Shown here piece after piece: positions 25,460 through 38,700 of a DNA stretch of 62,078 nucleotides. How positions within the stretch are numbered: position 1 is the first letter of the stretch; every line of letters begins with the position of its first letter. This stretch comes from Carcharhinus longimanus (lineage: Eukaryota). Both the position numbers and the translations under genes were made by a program. The notes under the pieces are model-generated. The model ran no database searches and was not told the DNA's origin. It worked only from the letters and a program-made list of their open reading frames with translations. The DNA lies in assembly GCA_030264375.1 (NCBI GenBank), contig JASCQW010000190.1, positions 54,822,873 to 54,884,950 of the forward strand, in the 5' to 3' direction.

Positions 25460-26440
25460 CACATAGAAACTAGAAGCAGGTATAGTCCCTTCTGAGCCTG
25501 GTGTGTCATTCATTTATGATCATGGCTGATCTCTAAATTCAAGTTCCCCCTTCCCCACCATCCCTTGATCCCATTAGCCCCAAGAGTGATATCTAATTTC
25601 TGCTTTAAATCAGACAATGTTTTGGCCTCAACTACCTTCTGTGGTAGTGAATTCCACACTCTGGATGAAGAAATTTCTCCTCACCTCAATTCTAAAAAGT
25701 TTGCACCTTATCCTCAAACTATGACCCCAAGTTCTAGACCCCCTCACCATCGGGAACGTTCTTTGTGTCTAACGTATCTAACCCTGTTGGAATTTTATAA
25801 GTTTCTGAGATCCCAACTCACTGTTCTAAACGCCAATGAATATAATCCTAACTGATTTAGTCTCTTCATATGACGAACCTGCCATCCCTGGGATTAGCCT
25901 GGTAAACCTTTGCTGCTCTCTTTATATGGCAAAGTCATCGGTCCTCAAAGACATCAAAACTGCACACTACTTAAGGTGTGGCCTCACCAGTAGGCCCTTT
26001 TGAGCCTTCACCTTCACCTCCACTACCACCCCCAAATACTTTCCGTGGTAGTGAATTCCACACATTCACCATTCTCTGTATGGGGAGAGACTTACAATTC
26101 TCTATATTGTAATTGCCCTATACAATTGCAGTAAATCATCCCTATTCCTATACTCAAATCCTCTTCACTGCCTACTGTCTTCACTGCCTGCTTACTTTCA
26201 GCAGCTGATGTAAAGGACACCAAGGTCTTGCTGAATATCCACTTCTCTCGATTTACATCCATTGAAGTAATAATCTGTCTTCCTATTATTGCTACCAAAA
26301 TGGATGACCTTACATTTATCCACATTATACTCCATCTGCCATGCATATATCCACAAACTCAGCCTGTCCAAATCTTGCCAAATCACTGCATCCTCCTCGC
26401 ACCCAACTTTGTAATGTATTCAGATTTGCAGATGATACAT
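25460..26440 (-). mobile_element. Degenerate CR1 LINE 3' fragments
   Basis: Minus-strand QDLDRL..WQMEYNVDKCKVIHFG motif. Tail is similar to 47350-47680. Confidence 0.85.
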
Positions 26441-26529
26441 TTTAGTTCCTGTTTCTAAAGATATAGTATCATACCTATGATGTATCTTACTCTGAAATAT
26501 ATTTGGAAGATGTTTTAGCTGAACAATCC

Positions 26530-26945
26530 CACGAGTTCACTACATTGAATAGAGTTCAAGAAAGGCATGTGTCTATGAAAAGGACAGGAAAGGCTGGATT
26601 CGGGGACTGTGGATGACCAGAGAAATTGAGAATCTAGTCAAAAAGAAAAAGGATGCATACACGAGATCTAGGCAACTAAAAACAGATGAAGCATTTGAAG
26701 AATACAAGGAAAGTAGAAAAGAGGTCAAATGGAGTTAGGGCAAAAAGGGATCACAAAATGTCCTGACATTAAGGAGATTTCCAAGGCATTTTATACATAT
26801 ATAAGGAATATTTAAGACTTATCTTGATAGACATATGAACATCAGGAATAGAGGGATATAAGCAATTGGTCTACATAGGTAAACGTGATTGGTGCAGGCT
26901 TGGAGGGCCAAAGGACCTACTCCTTTTCTGTACTGTTCTTTGTTT
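26530..26945 (+). mobile_element. CR1 LINE fragments (EN-RT linker and 3' tail)
   Basis: WMTREIENLVKKKKDAY-type linker, aaggcattttatacatatataagg, and a tail ending ggacctactccttttctgtactgttctttgt. Confidence 0.7.
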
Positions 26946-27103
26946 ATCCCAAAACTTAAACAACAACATTGAGTGTTTTTATTCTGCAGGTAAATGAAGT
27001 TGTTTCTTATTTTGAGCAAAACTGATTCACAAAGCAAGCCTTAAATTCAGTTTAGTCCTACATCCTAATTTAGATAATTAACATCGATTTTCTTCCCTTC
27101 CAG

Positions 27104-27271
27104 GTAATGCGTCTGTACTGTGATACTTGTGCTGTCCCAATTTGTCGAGAATGCACAATGAGCCGTCATGTAGGGCACAGCTTTGTCTACCTCCAGGATG
27201 CCGTACAGGACTCCAAAGAAATTACCCTACAGTTGTTGGCAGATGCACAGCAAGGCCGACAGGCAATTCAG
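27104..27271 (+). CDS. TRIM71: TRIM71 coding exon 2 (168 nt): B-box 2 and start of coiled coil
   Basis: Acceptor ttttcttcccttccag|GTAATG. Translates [56 protein letters not shown]. Donor CAG|gtttgt. Phase 0-0. Confidence 0.96.
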
Positions 27272-27779
27272 GTTTGTAAATATGAACCTTCAAGAAGTAA
27301 AAATATTCTCCCATATCTTTCTTTTGTTCTGATTTCTTGAATCTTTTCTCGTTCTGTCCTCGTTTTGGTTTAACTTCATGAGTCACAAGACTTCAGTTAT
27401 ATTTCTTAGCTTATTACCTCCACTTTTGCCTTTTTCCTTGTGTGTTTCCTCAGCTTCTAAAGGAAAGACCTTTAAAATACTTCAGTAAATGTCCTCAGTA
27501 TATGTACAGATTATCCCCACAGTAATTCCCAGTTGGCCAGGAAGAGTAAAACCTTTTATTACAGCTGAGGTCTTAGCACTAATCATTATAATTAACATAG
27601 TACCATTTATGCTGTTAACATTTATCTTTTATTCTTCCCTCTTAAGAGCTCATAAACTTGCCTCAGTGTATGGTGTGATGTCACCTTCCATTATTATGCT
27701 CTTGCAATGCTCCTAATTTTGTTCCCTGTTTATTTTTGCACAGGTTTCTGTGGGTCTTGATGGCAATGATCACTAAAAA

Positions 27780-28850
27780 ATAATCACATGGGCAAATGCA
27801 GGTTAATTAAGGAAAGCCAGCGTGGATTTATCAAAGTCAAATTGTGTTAGCAAACTTGTTTGAATTTTTTGAGGTAACTGAGGGTTGTTGCTTCTGCTGC
27901 TGATGTGGTGCACGTGGACTTAGAAGGCTTTACTGTGCAACACATCAGACTTGAACAAAGCTAGAGCTCGTAAAACAAAAGGGACAATAGCAACGTAGGA
28001 AATGGTAATAGAAGTTGATTGTTTTCAGACTGGAGTAATGTTTGTAACAGAGTTCTCCAAGCGTTAGGACCACTGACCTAGACACTGATTTGAAGAACTC
28101 GATTTCAAAATTTGCAGATGGCTCAAAACTACACATTGTGAACTGAGGGTTGTATAGCATTTCAAAACAATACAAGGTGTTGGGGAAATGTGTGAACAAA
28201 TAGCAGGTGAGATTTAATGCAAAAAAAAAAGTGAAGTGATACATTTTGCTAGAAAGAATGTAGAGACTTTTAAAATAAGGGTACAATTCTGAAGGGGGGT
28301 GCAGACACCAAGGGAACTTGGGATTTTACATATAAAGTAAGGAAGTTGTGCTAAATTTGTATGAAACACCAGTTCTACCTCAACTGGAGTATTGTGTTCA
28401 GTTCTGGTCACCACACTTCAGGAAGGATATGAAGGCTTTAGAGTGCACAAATTCAAAATAATGCTTCTAGGGATGAGGAATTCAAGTTATCTAGAAAAAT
28501 CGGAGAAGCTGGGATTGTTTTCCTTAAAGAATAGGTTGAGGAGATTTGATAGAGGCATTCAAAATCATGGACATGGGTGTGGACAGACTAGATGTACAGT
28601 AACTATTCCTGTTGGAAGAATTGAGAACAAGAGGGCACAAATTGAAGGCAGTTAGCAGAAGAATCAATGGCGACATGAGGAAAAGCTTTTTCACAGTCAG
28701 TATTTGGGATTTGTAATGCACTCAGTCTGGTGGAAGTAGGGTCAGTTGAGGCATACAAAAGGGAATTGAATTATTAGCTGAAAAGGCAAAATGCAGTATT
28801 TTAGGTAAAAGTAGGGGGAATGGCTCCGTTAAATTGCTTCTTCAGAGAAC
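27780..28850 (+). mobile_element. Heavily decayed CR1 LINE RT region
   Basis: agccagcgtggattt (SQxGF), tttgcagatg (FAD), ctggagtattgtgttcagttctggtcacca (LEYCVQFWSP) and KLGLFSL. Confidence 0.85.
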
Positions 28851-31800
28851 CAGCGCAATGTGACTGTTTCACAGATTGTTGCTATTGGAAATTAGTTTAT
28901 CAGCAAATTTATAACTGCATATCCAAATTGTGTATTTGAAGAGCAGGAGATCATATTTAATTTCTGAGCATCTTACCAGCCTAAAAAGCTTTTGGGTTGC
29001 TTCCAACTCATGTTTAAGTCCAAACAAAATATGCATTTTTTTATCCTCCTGTACATCACTCTAAGGAACTATTCACGTGCCCAGTGTGTACTGTTTAAAA
29101 TAGGCTTCATTGCAACTTCAGTTTTCACTTGTTCCCTCTTTTTTTCCCCCCCCAAGTTGACTAATTATGTTGTGATTGAACATCTACACTTCTGGTAGAG
29201 GCCTATATAGTTGTATTTCAATGCTAAATCTGTGACCAGTGATTTTTTTGCACCTTAGCACAAAAAATGAGGAAGTCGGTTTTAGCACCGCTAGCTGAGG
29301 TCAATTAACTGAACTCAAACTAATGTTTGCACCTCTGACCTATATAGCTCTGCTATCAGTTTGCTGAATGTCATAACAGGGTTTCAAATGTTAGAATGTA
29401 AATAAGCAGTGAACGATTGAATTGAAGTCTACTATTTATACACTTAGAAACAAATATTTCCAGGTACACGCTACATATTGTGCACCTCCTATGTATTGCC
29501 AACGCCTAAATGTATTTTAATGCTTCGGGTGATATGTAGTTAACATTAAAAGCCACTTTAACTGCATCCTGAACGTTTCATTAATTTTGGCAGCTGCCAT
29601 ATCGATAATTTGTTATCATGTGTTCACACCCAGCTGAACGGCTGTTACAGGAGTGTGAGCTTCAGGTAAGTAGCTGTGTATATGCAGCACTGATTTTTTT
29701 TGCTCCTGTGATTTCAAAGTGAATGAGTGCTTGCTCTGGAATTATATTTTGTGCTGCTTTTTAAATGCTGCCTGCAGGATACCTAAACCTTTTGTCCTGC
29801 TCAAACATTCCTGGTGTGGGAAAATCATTAGCACACATTGAATTTTGCTTATTTGTAGGGATGTTAAGAGTACTTGCAATTGAGTTTTAAAACAAAATTA
29901 GGTTTTCATTCTCTGGAAATTGAAATACGCATCTTGCCAGGAGTGATGTGGCTGACTTTGTTTTTTTTTCAAAAAGGGACCATCAACTATCATTACAGCA
30001 GTTTTTAGTGCCCTCATTCCTGTCTTCATTTCTGAAGGTGACTAAAATGATGCACTGTGCCTGGGGAGCGGTAAATACTCTGCTTTGCACATACGAAAGA
30101 TTATTCGACCACAGTTGAAGTGTCATTGTATAGCATCCTAATCTTGTCTTTAAAACCCTTTGTTAGTGCAGTTTCACCAGGATTGATGGTTACTGGTTAG
30201 AACATGAACCTTGCTTTCTGTTTGTTTGACCATACTCTGCTCCAGTCCTGTTAGACAAACATTACCTCCTGCATTTGGACATTGTGAATTGTTGGACTTG
30301 GGGTAAATTAAGTGTTTTAGTGAAGCTTTTCCTATTCAGTCATTGCTGTGTTGTATATCATCCAGCTTATTAGAGATGATGCAATGCCGCTATCCTTATT
30401 TGGATGTAGCTCAAAGGATGCACAATGGTTTTCTGTGGAGGTTGCACCCATTTTGCTAATTTCACTTTGCACTTTAATTTCCTGCTGATCACTGCACTTG
30501 CTGGAATATAAACATTTGCATAATTATGCACAATATATTTAACAGCATGGAAGATGTGGAAGCTGTTTGATCTTTAATTTGACTTGCACTAATACCATAA
30601 GATATTAAAAAGACACAGGATTTAAAAATGATTAAAATTTCATTGTAATGCCAGAAAAATTATATTGCACCCAAAATTTTGGTTGTAATTTTGGACCTTG
30701 GGGTAATTGTAGGAAATTCACATGTATGCCTCTTAAGCTGGGGCCAGAGCCACCATCAGTGATTTGGGATATATTACACTCAGTTGCTGAATGCACAATT
30801 TGCAATGGATCATTGGTTTCTTCTCTGGTGTAGGAGGAGATTTTGGCAACATGCAGAAAGGCCATTCCCTAAAATATAAGCCGTATTTGGTGCTTGCAGA
30901 AGTGTTAAGCATTGATTGTCACTGACGTGCTCTGCTCAACCTTCTTCAGTATTGGCTGTTTGTATTCATCAGGAAACTGCCACTTCGTGCTTAGCGTCTA
31001 ATAGAGCATGAAATTCCTTTTCTGGAAATGTAGTCTAATGAGAGTATTTGGGATGGAATTTCTTTTGTTAATTGAAGAAATTTTAGCTATAGTAAGCTTT
31101 TTTTGGCTACTCCATTGATGCAATACCCTTGCCTGTGCATTTAGCTCAAGACATGACCCAGTGAATTAAACCTTGAGTCCAAAAAGCTGAGGAATTAACA
31201 TCCCCCGTTGTTAAACAAAAGCCTGTTGAGAGTTTTTTCATGAAGTATACTTCCAATATTCTAATGCCTCTATCCCCCTCTGAATCTTGTTTACTCCCTG
31301 ATGACTCATTTGTTCAGAGTGTACATCTGGTGGAGTACAGAGGCTTGCAGATTGCAGAAGCCCAGGTTTGATCTCCTTGTTCTATTATTAAGTTGCGTCA
31401 GCAGTTAGTAACTATCTTTTGGATTCCCAGTTCTGAGACTTCTTGGGCACCATACAGTCAGGGTTCATAGGATTTATTATCTAGTGAACTTTACAGTAAA
31501 TTTTGAATTGTCTTCTAGGGTCAGTGTTTTTGCCTGTCCCACAGTAAGCTTGGCTGGTTGGGCGAATTGCACTCAATGGAGACAAGTGAATTATTTAATT
31601 CCAACCTTTAGAAGATATATTGTGAATGAAGCATGATAGATGATGTGCTTGTATCTTCATTTAATGCCTGAATCTACAATTTTTTTCACTTAATTTGAGA
31701 TGGTGACAATTTATAGTACTTGTATTATGCACAGGTGTATGTATATAATGTGTACATTAGTTTGTGTAACTTTCACAAGATTCAATAACTCTAGATTCAT

Positions 31801-32509
31801 AATAAATAGATACCTAATTGGAAAATGGGTTCTGTCAGCCTGGGAATCGTTCCACTGTCACGTGTAACTGAACAGCCATGGCTTAATTTCACGTGTCCAC
31901 AATTGTCCTCCATTATAATCTAAATTGGATTGCTGTGATGTCTTTTAAAGACTGAGATCCTATACCTTGAGTTTTCAATTTCACATCAATTGGGGTCATT
32001 TCTTCTAAGTTCAAAACAGCTTAACTAGAATTCTAAACACCATTTAAATGGAGAGGCTGGATTATATTTACAGTCCTTATGAGCTATCCTGTAATGTATT
32101 ATGTGGGCATGATCCTTTTGCTGCATTAAAAACATCTTCCTGGGAGGCTGAGGGGGTGGGGTGATGACGTCTTGGTAAACTCCCCCAATTTGAAGTGCCA
32201 CATTTTTGTGAATCAGCTGCTGGGCGATGGGAGGAAAACCAAGTATAAACATTACGTTCATTTTCCTGGGTTATGTTCCTGCTTTTGTTAGAAGAGGAGA
32301 GCAGACTGAGCTTTGGAGAAAAATGGGAAAGTGGGAAAATTGCCAAGTAATGGATCTTGTGAAGGATCCTAATGAGACATAAACTGGGTTATAACTGCTG
32401 TAAGGAATTTGTCTCTGGTTACACAGTCACTGTTTAAAAGGTTAGTAAATCTGTAAATTTAAAGTGCCAGCAGTTGAAATGGAATGTACTTGGCTGTTTA
32501 TCATTTAGC

Positions 32510-33288
32510 TGATCCATCCCGACAGCCAATGTACAAAGTAAGGTTCCTCAATAATGATTCTTGGGTCTTGCCATTATTTACCCAGATAATGGGCAATAAA
32601 GGCTGCATTTTAAGCCTCAAAAAATTGCAAGTAACTTTATTTTGCTTTAATATCTTATCTGCCATTTGAATAAATTGAACTGCATGTTGCTCTAAAATAG
32701 AGTCTGAAGTTGCAAATTGGTGAAAAGAAAGATTGTTCTGTCCATACAATCCCCTAAGGATGAACAACCTATAGTGACAAAACTGGTCAAAGGAGCTGTG
32801 CTGATGTCTAATATCTGCAACTTGGGCTGAACCTGATCTGGCTTCTGTAACTCTCGCCCCCAACTCATTTCTGCAATATATCAGTGCTTCAAATGAGCTT
32901 TACTGAAATAATGGGACTCAAATTTCAAATTCTTTTTCCAGCTGAGGGATAGTCTTCGAATTGAATCTGCTTTTCAGTATATCCAAAAGTGACCTAACAT
33001 ATGAGTAGGGGCAAAGACCATCCTGTAATGGTCTGTGGGAGATTGTCACAGCCAAGCCTAATGTCATATTTCTGGCATCACTAAGTGCATTTCTAATGAG
33101 GTGTCCACATAGCAATCAAACTGTGTTTTTGGTCTTATACTTGCTCAAGTTCCAAAGTTATTCCAGTAAGCAGACTTCTATGATTCAATGTGCAGCCTTT
33201 ATTGCCCATTATCTGAGTAAATAATGGCAAGACCCAAGGATCATTACTCAGGAACCTTACTTTGTACATTGGCTGTTGGAATGGATCA
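32510..33288. repeat. 98-bp inverted repeat (32510-32607 / 33191-33288) with a 583-bp spacer
   Basis: 92/98 identity by manual alignment, no indels. The ORF track shows the same peptide QPMYKVRFL.ND.WVLPLFTQIMGNKGC on both strands. Confidence 0.93.
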
Positions 33289-35467
33289 TAAGCTGCTTTC
33301 TTTGAAATGGGATAAACCTTTTGGTAGACAGAGACTGAGCTTTTTTTATTTACATAAGACAAATAATAAGTGGATAGTGTATGCCTGTTCTCCTTGATGT
33401 AACAAAATACCACAATTATTTTTCTTAAGAGATGTTAAAACAGAAAATTCGCTTTGTACTGTTTTAATATAGCTTAGTCTTAGAATTGTTTCTGATCTTC
33501 TGGTCAGTACATTCTACTCTGGCTGCTCTCTGCAAAGTTGAAGCACTTAGTCTAAACCTGGATAGAACTATTCCTGAGATTTTCCCAATCTGCCACAAAA
33601 TTTAGAAGCCAAGATGATGCAGTTTAAATGGCCATTTCTCACGCAATTTACATTTTGTGGGAGAATGAGCAACATTCCACACCTTCAAGTCAATAGGCTG
33701 TCAGTGATTCTGCCATCTTAAGCCTGTTTTTGCCAAGCTGTCCACAAAAACATCAAGCAGCCTTTGAAATGTATTGAAAGAAACATCGAGATGACCACAC
33801 CTCAATTCTACTATCCAGAAACGGCTGTATTTCTCATCAGTATTGAACAGAAGGTCAACTGTGGTTGACCATGGTTTGTGATTGTGAATGCTGTGTTAGT
33901 TAAACAATTAAAATTCTAAATTTAACACTCTGTACTTGCTGTAAAAACACTCATCAGATGGAGCCCAACACCACCCTGTTTTCAGTTGGCAAGTAACCTG
34001 TGATCTGGAACCTGAGCTCCTTTCAAATGACTCCATAAAGAGCTGACTCAATCATTTTAAGATTTTTATATTCCTTGGCTTCAAAGCGAAGAGTTATGGC
34101 TGTGAATTGGAGTTTTTATAGGAGCTTGATTGCTGCGTTACTGGCATAGGAAGCTATCCTGCAAGGATTGAACTGGAATTTTTGAAATGTCTCGCAATCT
34201 AACAACCCAGAGAAACGTCCATAATTCTTGCCTGTTAGTAGACTTGGTGGTAATCATTAAGGCATGTACGACTTTAGCTCATTTTTATTTTCAGATGTCT
34301 ACTTTGAAATAAGCTGCGATTTTGGACAAAAGTGGGGAGTGGCTATCTGAGTACAAGTCCTAATTCAGAGGAACAAGTCTCCTGCTTACCCTCTTGCTGT
34401 TGTGGGTGGAAAGCTGAAAACACACTTCGTAATGGGACTAGATGTGAGTCATTCCTTGTAGCATAGTTTGGGCAAATAAGCTAGTGTAGGTTAATTTCAA
34501 GTCTAAAGACAAAACCCTAAATGGGCTTGTGCTGTGAAAGGTTGCTATAGATGTAGAAAATTGGTATGAAACAGTAACGTGCCATAATAACATTTTTGTA
34601 ACTAGCTGTGCACATGGATATTGGAGAAGGTTTTTCCTGGTGGCTGGAATGATGTGGAAGTAATACACAAGATGCATGGGGACAGCACCCAGATTTCTGT
34701 ACATGCTTTAAAAAGATTCCCACTCGTCTCTTGGTTGCTTTGAAGAATAGCATCCTGCAGATAAATTGAGGCAGCTGGTTTCAGTTGGCCTGAGAGTTAA
34801 TCTCTCAGTAAAAGCCTAGGTTTCCTTTGGCAAGCAGCTTGGATGTTTGTGGTATGGAATTCCTGAGTCAGCAATTACCTAAAGGGTTTGTGCGGGTGAT
34901 TGAGTGAGAAGGGTTTTACTACCAGTAATGGAGTGATTGCTCCTGGCCTGTCTGTCAGCAGAATAGCCACGATTGTTGTTGAGATTAGCTGGGAGACTAC
35001 TTGAAAATTATCTGTTTTTAAATTTGTTCATGTTAGCAGATGTCAGGACGTCTTTCCGTTATTTTGAAAAGGATACAAACTTACCTCCTCTCTCTATCAG
35101 AACATTAAAACAAAGTGGATTCTGAAAAGAAGTTGGAGGTGACCAGCCCATGTCCCATCAGTAGAAAATATAAACTGCCTGCTCATCCTCGGATTGCTGT
35201 TGCTGGTTTGGTGTGTCCCGGAATTAATCAGAGTTCTTGAGGATTCTAAATTTTGATCTGCAATTTTTAATCAAATGGAATGCTTCAACACCATCGCTCA
35301 CTTTGCTCCTGGTTATAAAGTTGAAATGTTTGAGAGATTAGTTCCACAAAGATTTCATTTTACAACTCAAACAAGTTTAGTTTTCTATAATAGAAATGTA
35401 ATGTGGTCATTGATGTAGGTCCTTGTTCCTTCCTAACTATGCTAGATAACTCCAGTGGACCAAGAAG

Positions 35468-35798
35468 GGGTGGCATTGTGGCACAATGGTTAATACTGCT
35501 TCCTCAGCTCCAAGGACCTGCGTTTGATTCCTGGCTCAGGCCACTGTCTGTGTGAAGTTTGCACATTCTCCCTGTGTCTGCATGGGTTTCCTCCAGTTGC
35601 TCCAGTTTCCTCCCAAAGATGTGCGGGTTAAGTTGATTGGCCATGCAGAATTGCCCCTTAGTGTCCTGGGCTGTAAAGGGTTAGAGGGATTAGCAGGGTA
35701 AATGTATGGAGTAGCGGGGATAAGGCCTAGGTGGGATTGTTGTCAGTGCAGACTCAGTGGGCCAAATGGCCTCTTTCTGTACTGTAGGGATTCTATGA
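35468..35798 (+). mobile_element. Full-length V-SINE (HE1-like)
   Basis: tRNA-like head, V-domain and CR1-like tail ending gggccaaatggcctctttctgtactgtagggattctatga. Confidence 0.85.
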
Positions 35799-38700
35799 AA
35801 GCAGCTTACCACCCACCACCACCTTTTAAGGGCAGTTAGGAGTGGCCAGCAATTGTTGGGCTTGGTAGTGTGTTTATATCAGTGAAAGAATATCAAAAAT
35901 CTCATTGATTCCATGTGAAGATTTTTTTGCACTCCCTTGCCAAAAATAGATTGGGTGAGTGTTGTATGACTGAGATTGCAAAATATCCAAAACAGACACC
36001 AGAGGTATTGGAGTTCACAAAGGGAGAATTGCAATTAAATTTGACTGCCTAGCTGTGGTTATCATCTTGGTCTCCATGTAGTCATTTTTGAATTAGTCAT
36101 AGCAAAATGGAATGTTCTGATGTTGAGCCTTGAACTGGACTTCCAGCCTCTAGTTGAAGTCGCATATTGTGGACCACAGTCAAGACAGTACTTTTTACAT
36201 GCTGAGGCAAGACAGATTCTTAACAATTTGTCCCCTGTTCTTGACTGGCTTAAAAGTCCTAGATGCTATCAATGTTTTTTTTTTGCTGGAGTTACTTCAA
36301 AGTACTGAGTTTAAATGAAGAAAGAGATCAGATGCAATGAATAGTTTTACTACTTCATTCCTGAACAAAGTGGCTTAATGCCGATGCTTCTGAAAGCTAG
36401 GAATATTGACTACCTCTCTGCTTGCTTGTCTTAGTGGTCGTTAAGTATATGACCAGATTATTCTGATTGAAGAGGTCATAGCATTAAAGCTTACTTAACT
36501 AACAAATGACCGATGCAGGTTTTCTTTACTTCAACCAAATTCTAGTGTTCCAAGTGGCATCGGAATGTGCTATTTTTACTTTTTTTTAAACTCTGGGTTT
36601 AATTTAAAAAAATTAGCTTGTTTAAATCATCTGAAGATCCATTGATAAAATCGTACTTTGGCATGGAAGAAAATATTTAACATGGAAAGGGGGACTTGCA
36701 AAAGATTTCTATGAAGTTATCATGTTTGAGTTCAAATATAAATTGTAGCTTTCCTGCTCCTACTCTGGTCGTTTTCTTCCATTCATTGTTTGCAAAGAGC
36801 CTACGCTGTGGTCCAATCTCTTCTGGGTACCTTATGATGTGGTTTGTAGGCATGTTCCTTTTCAGGATAGCTACTAGTTTGGAATTGGTGCATTATCTGT
36901 AGTGTGAAACTGTGCACTTCTGCAGTTCACTTGACACTTTATGGACAGCTGCCTTCACTTGTGATTCATCCCCTTGATTTATGGTGCTTTTTTGTATATT
37001 TGAATAAATCATTTTGATTAGCAGTATACTCTAAATCATGTTTTGTTTTTACGTTTGAAAATGTTACCCATTGAAGGAAGACTGTTTTGAGTGTCTTTTT
37101 CTCTATGAACCTTATGCAGTAACTTCACTTGAGGGGGTCAGAATAGAACAGAACCACCCTCTCTGAAACAGGCTATGACTGATCAATAGATTTTTGAACA
37201 CCAAAGAAGTAGAGGAATATGAGGATAGTGGCACCATCGAGCAGGATTAAAAGCTGGACAGTGGTGCAAGTTCAAGGACCTGTATGAGCTTCTTATTTCT
37301 TAATAGTTGGGGGTGATGTGTTTTGGTTAAAGTGGTTTGTATATATTCATAAATACAAGCTGTGGGATAATTCTGCCTTCCCCACAAATGCTTGGAGTAT
37401 GATGTTGTGTTTTGTAGTTTGTTGCATGCTCATATTGTATATCTGAGCTCCTTACTTTTTTTGCCTTTATGGGATATTGCCAGTTAGGCCAACATTTATT
37501 GCCCATCCCTAATTATCCTTGAAGACGGCGGTGTTGTGCTTTCTTGAACCACTATTCCATGTGTTCTACAAACAGCCACAGTGTTTTAGGAAGGAAATCC
37601 TGGATGTTTACCCAGCAACAGAAGGCTGTGTTGTTCCCACCCATCTGCCCTTGTCCTTTTTTAGGTGGTAGGATCTGCTGAAGATTTCTCAGAAATTTAG
37701 CATTAAGCTGGTTAAGCTAATACAAAGACTTGTGGAGACAGTATCCTGATTAAAGATGTTTATTTCCCAAGCTTGATTCAACGCATGAAGAGAAGTGGCT
37801 TTGGTGGCATCCCCAAATCACACTCAGTACATCAGTGTTTATAGTTTTTAAGTCACTTCCCTGCCCTCCCTGCTCACCCCAACCGGGGGTGAGCCAGTCG
37901 TCATTAATATGGGTTATTTACCTTGGTCGATAACATTTATCCTCTGACAGCATTTGAATGCATGAGCTTGTGGACTTTGAGAGTCTCCTAGAATTCCCTA
38001 GATTCTTCCTTGTCTTGTGTAATGTATGGTCTATTGAGTTTTCTCGCACTCGTTGGCTAGTGAAACTCTTATTCACTACGGCCTTCAGAGACATTGATAA
38101 GAATTGCTTTTTCCCTTCACTCAGTAGCTGTATTGTTCTGAAGAATGTGGCCCCTTTTACTTGACTACATCCCATCATGCTATTGACAAAGCTTTTAATA
38201 CAAATATAACTTCTTAAAAATACATGTTTAAATTCTCTAACGGTTATATGTAAACACTATCTTTGTAAAATATACAGGCACTTTGTGACTTCACTCTAAA
38301 TGAATCTACTCTGATTTGCTAATCTTTTAGTCCGAAGTTATTTTAAACCCCTCCTATTGGATCGTGAGTTTGGAAGGTGCTGTTGAAGGATCCTCATTGC
38401 TGTAGTGCATCTTGTAGATGGTACACATTCGGGTCTGACAGCATCTGTGGAGAGAGAAGAGAGCCAGTGTTTCAAGTCAGAATGACTTTGTCAGCCAGAG
38501 CTGCTGAGTTTCTCCAGCATTTTCTGTTTTTGTTTGATTCCAGCATTTGCAATATTTTGCCTTTATCCTGTTGATGTCAGTTTTGCTAGGGTTCCTTGAT
38601 GCCATTACTTGGTTACATGCTGCCTTAATGTCAAGCACAGTCACTCCTACATCAGTTCTGGAGTTCAGCTCTTCTGTCAGTGTTTGGACCAAGACTATAA

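Noticed and set aside
28375-28382. let-7 8mer in intron 2, and a 7mer at 58468
   Set aside because: The first lies in a CR1 remnant inside an intron. The second is downstream of the likely poly(A) site. Neither is expected in the mature mRNA.
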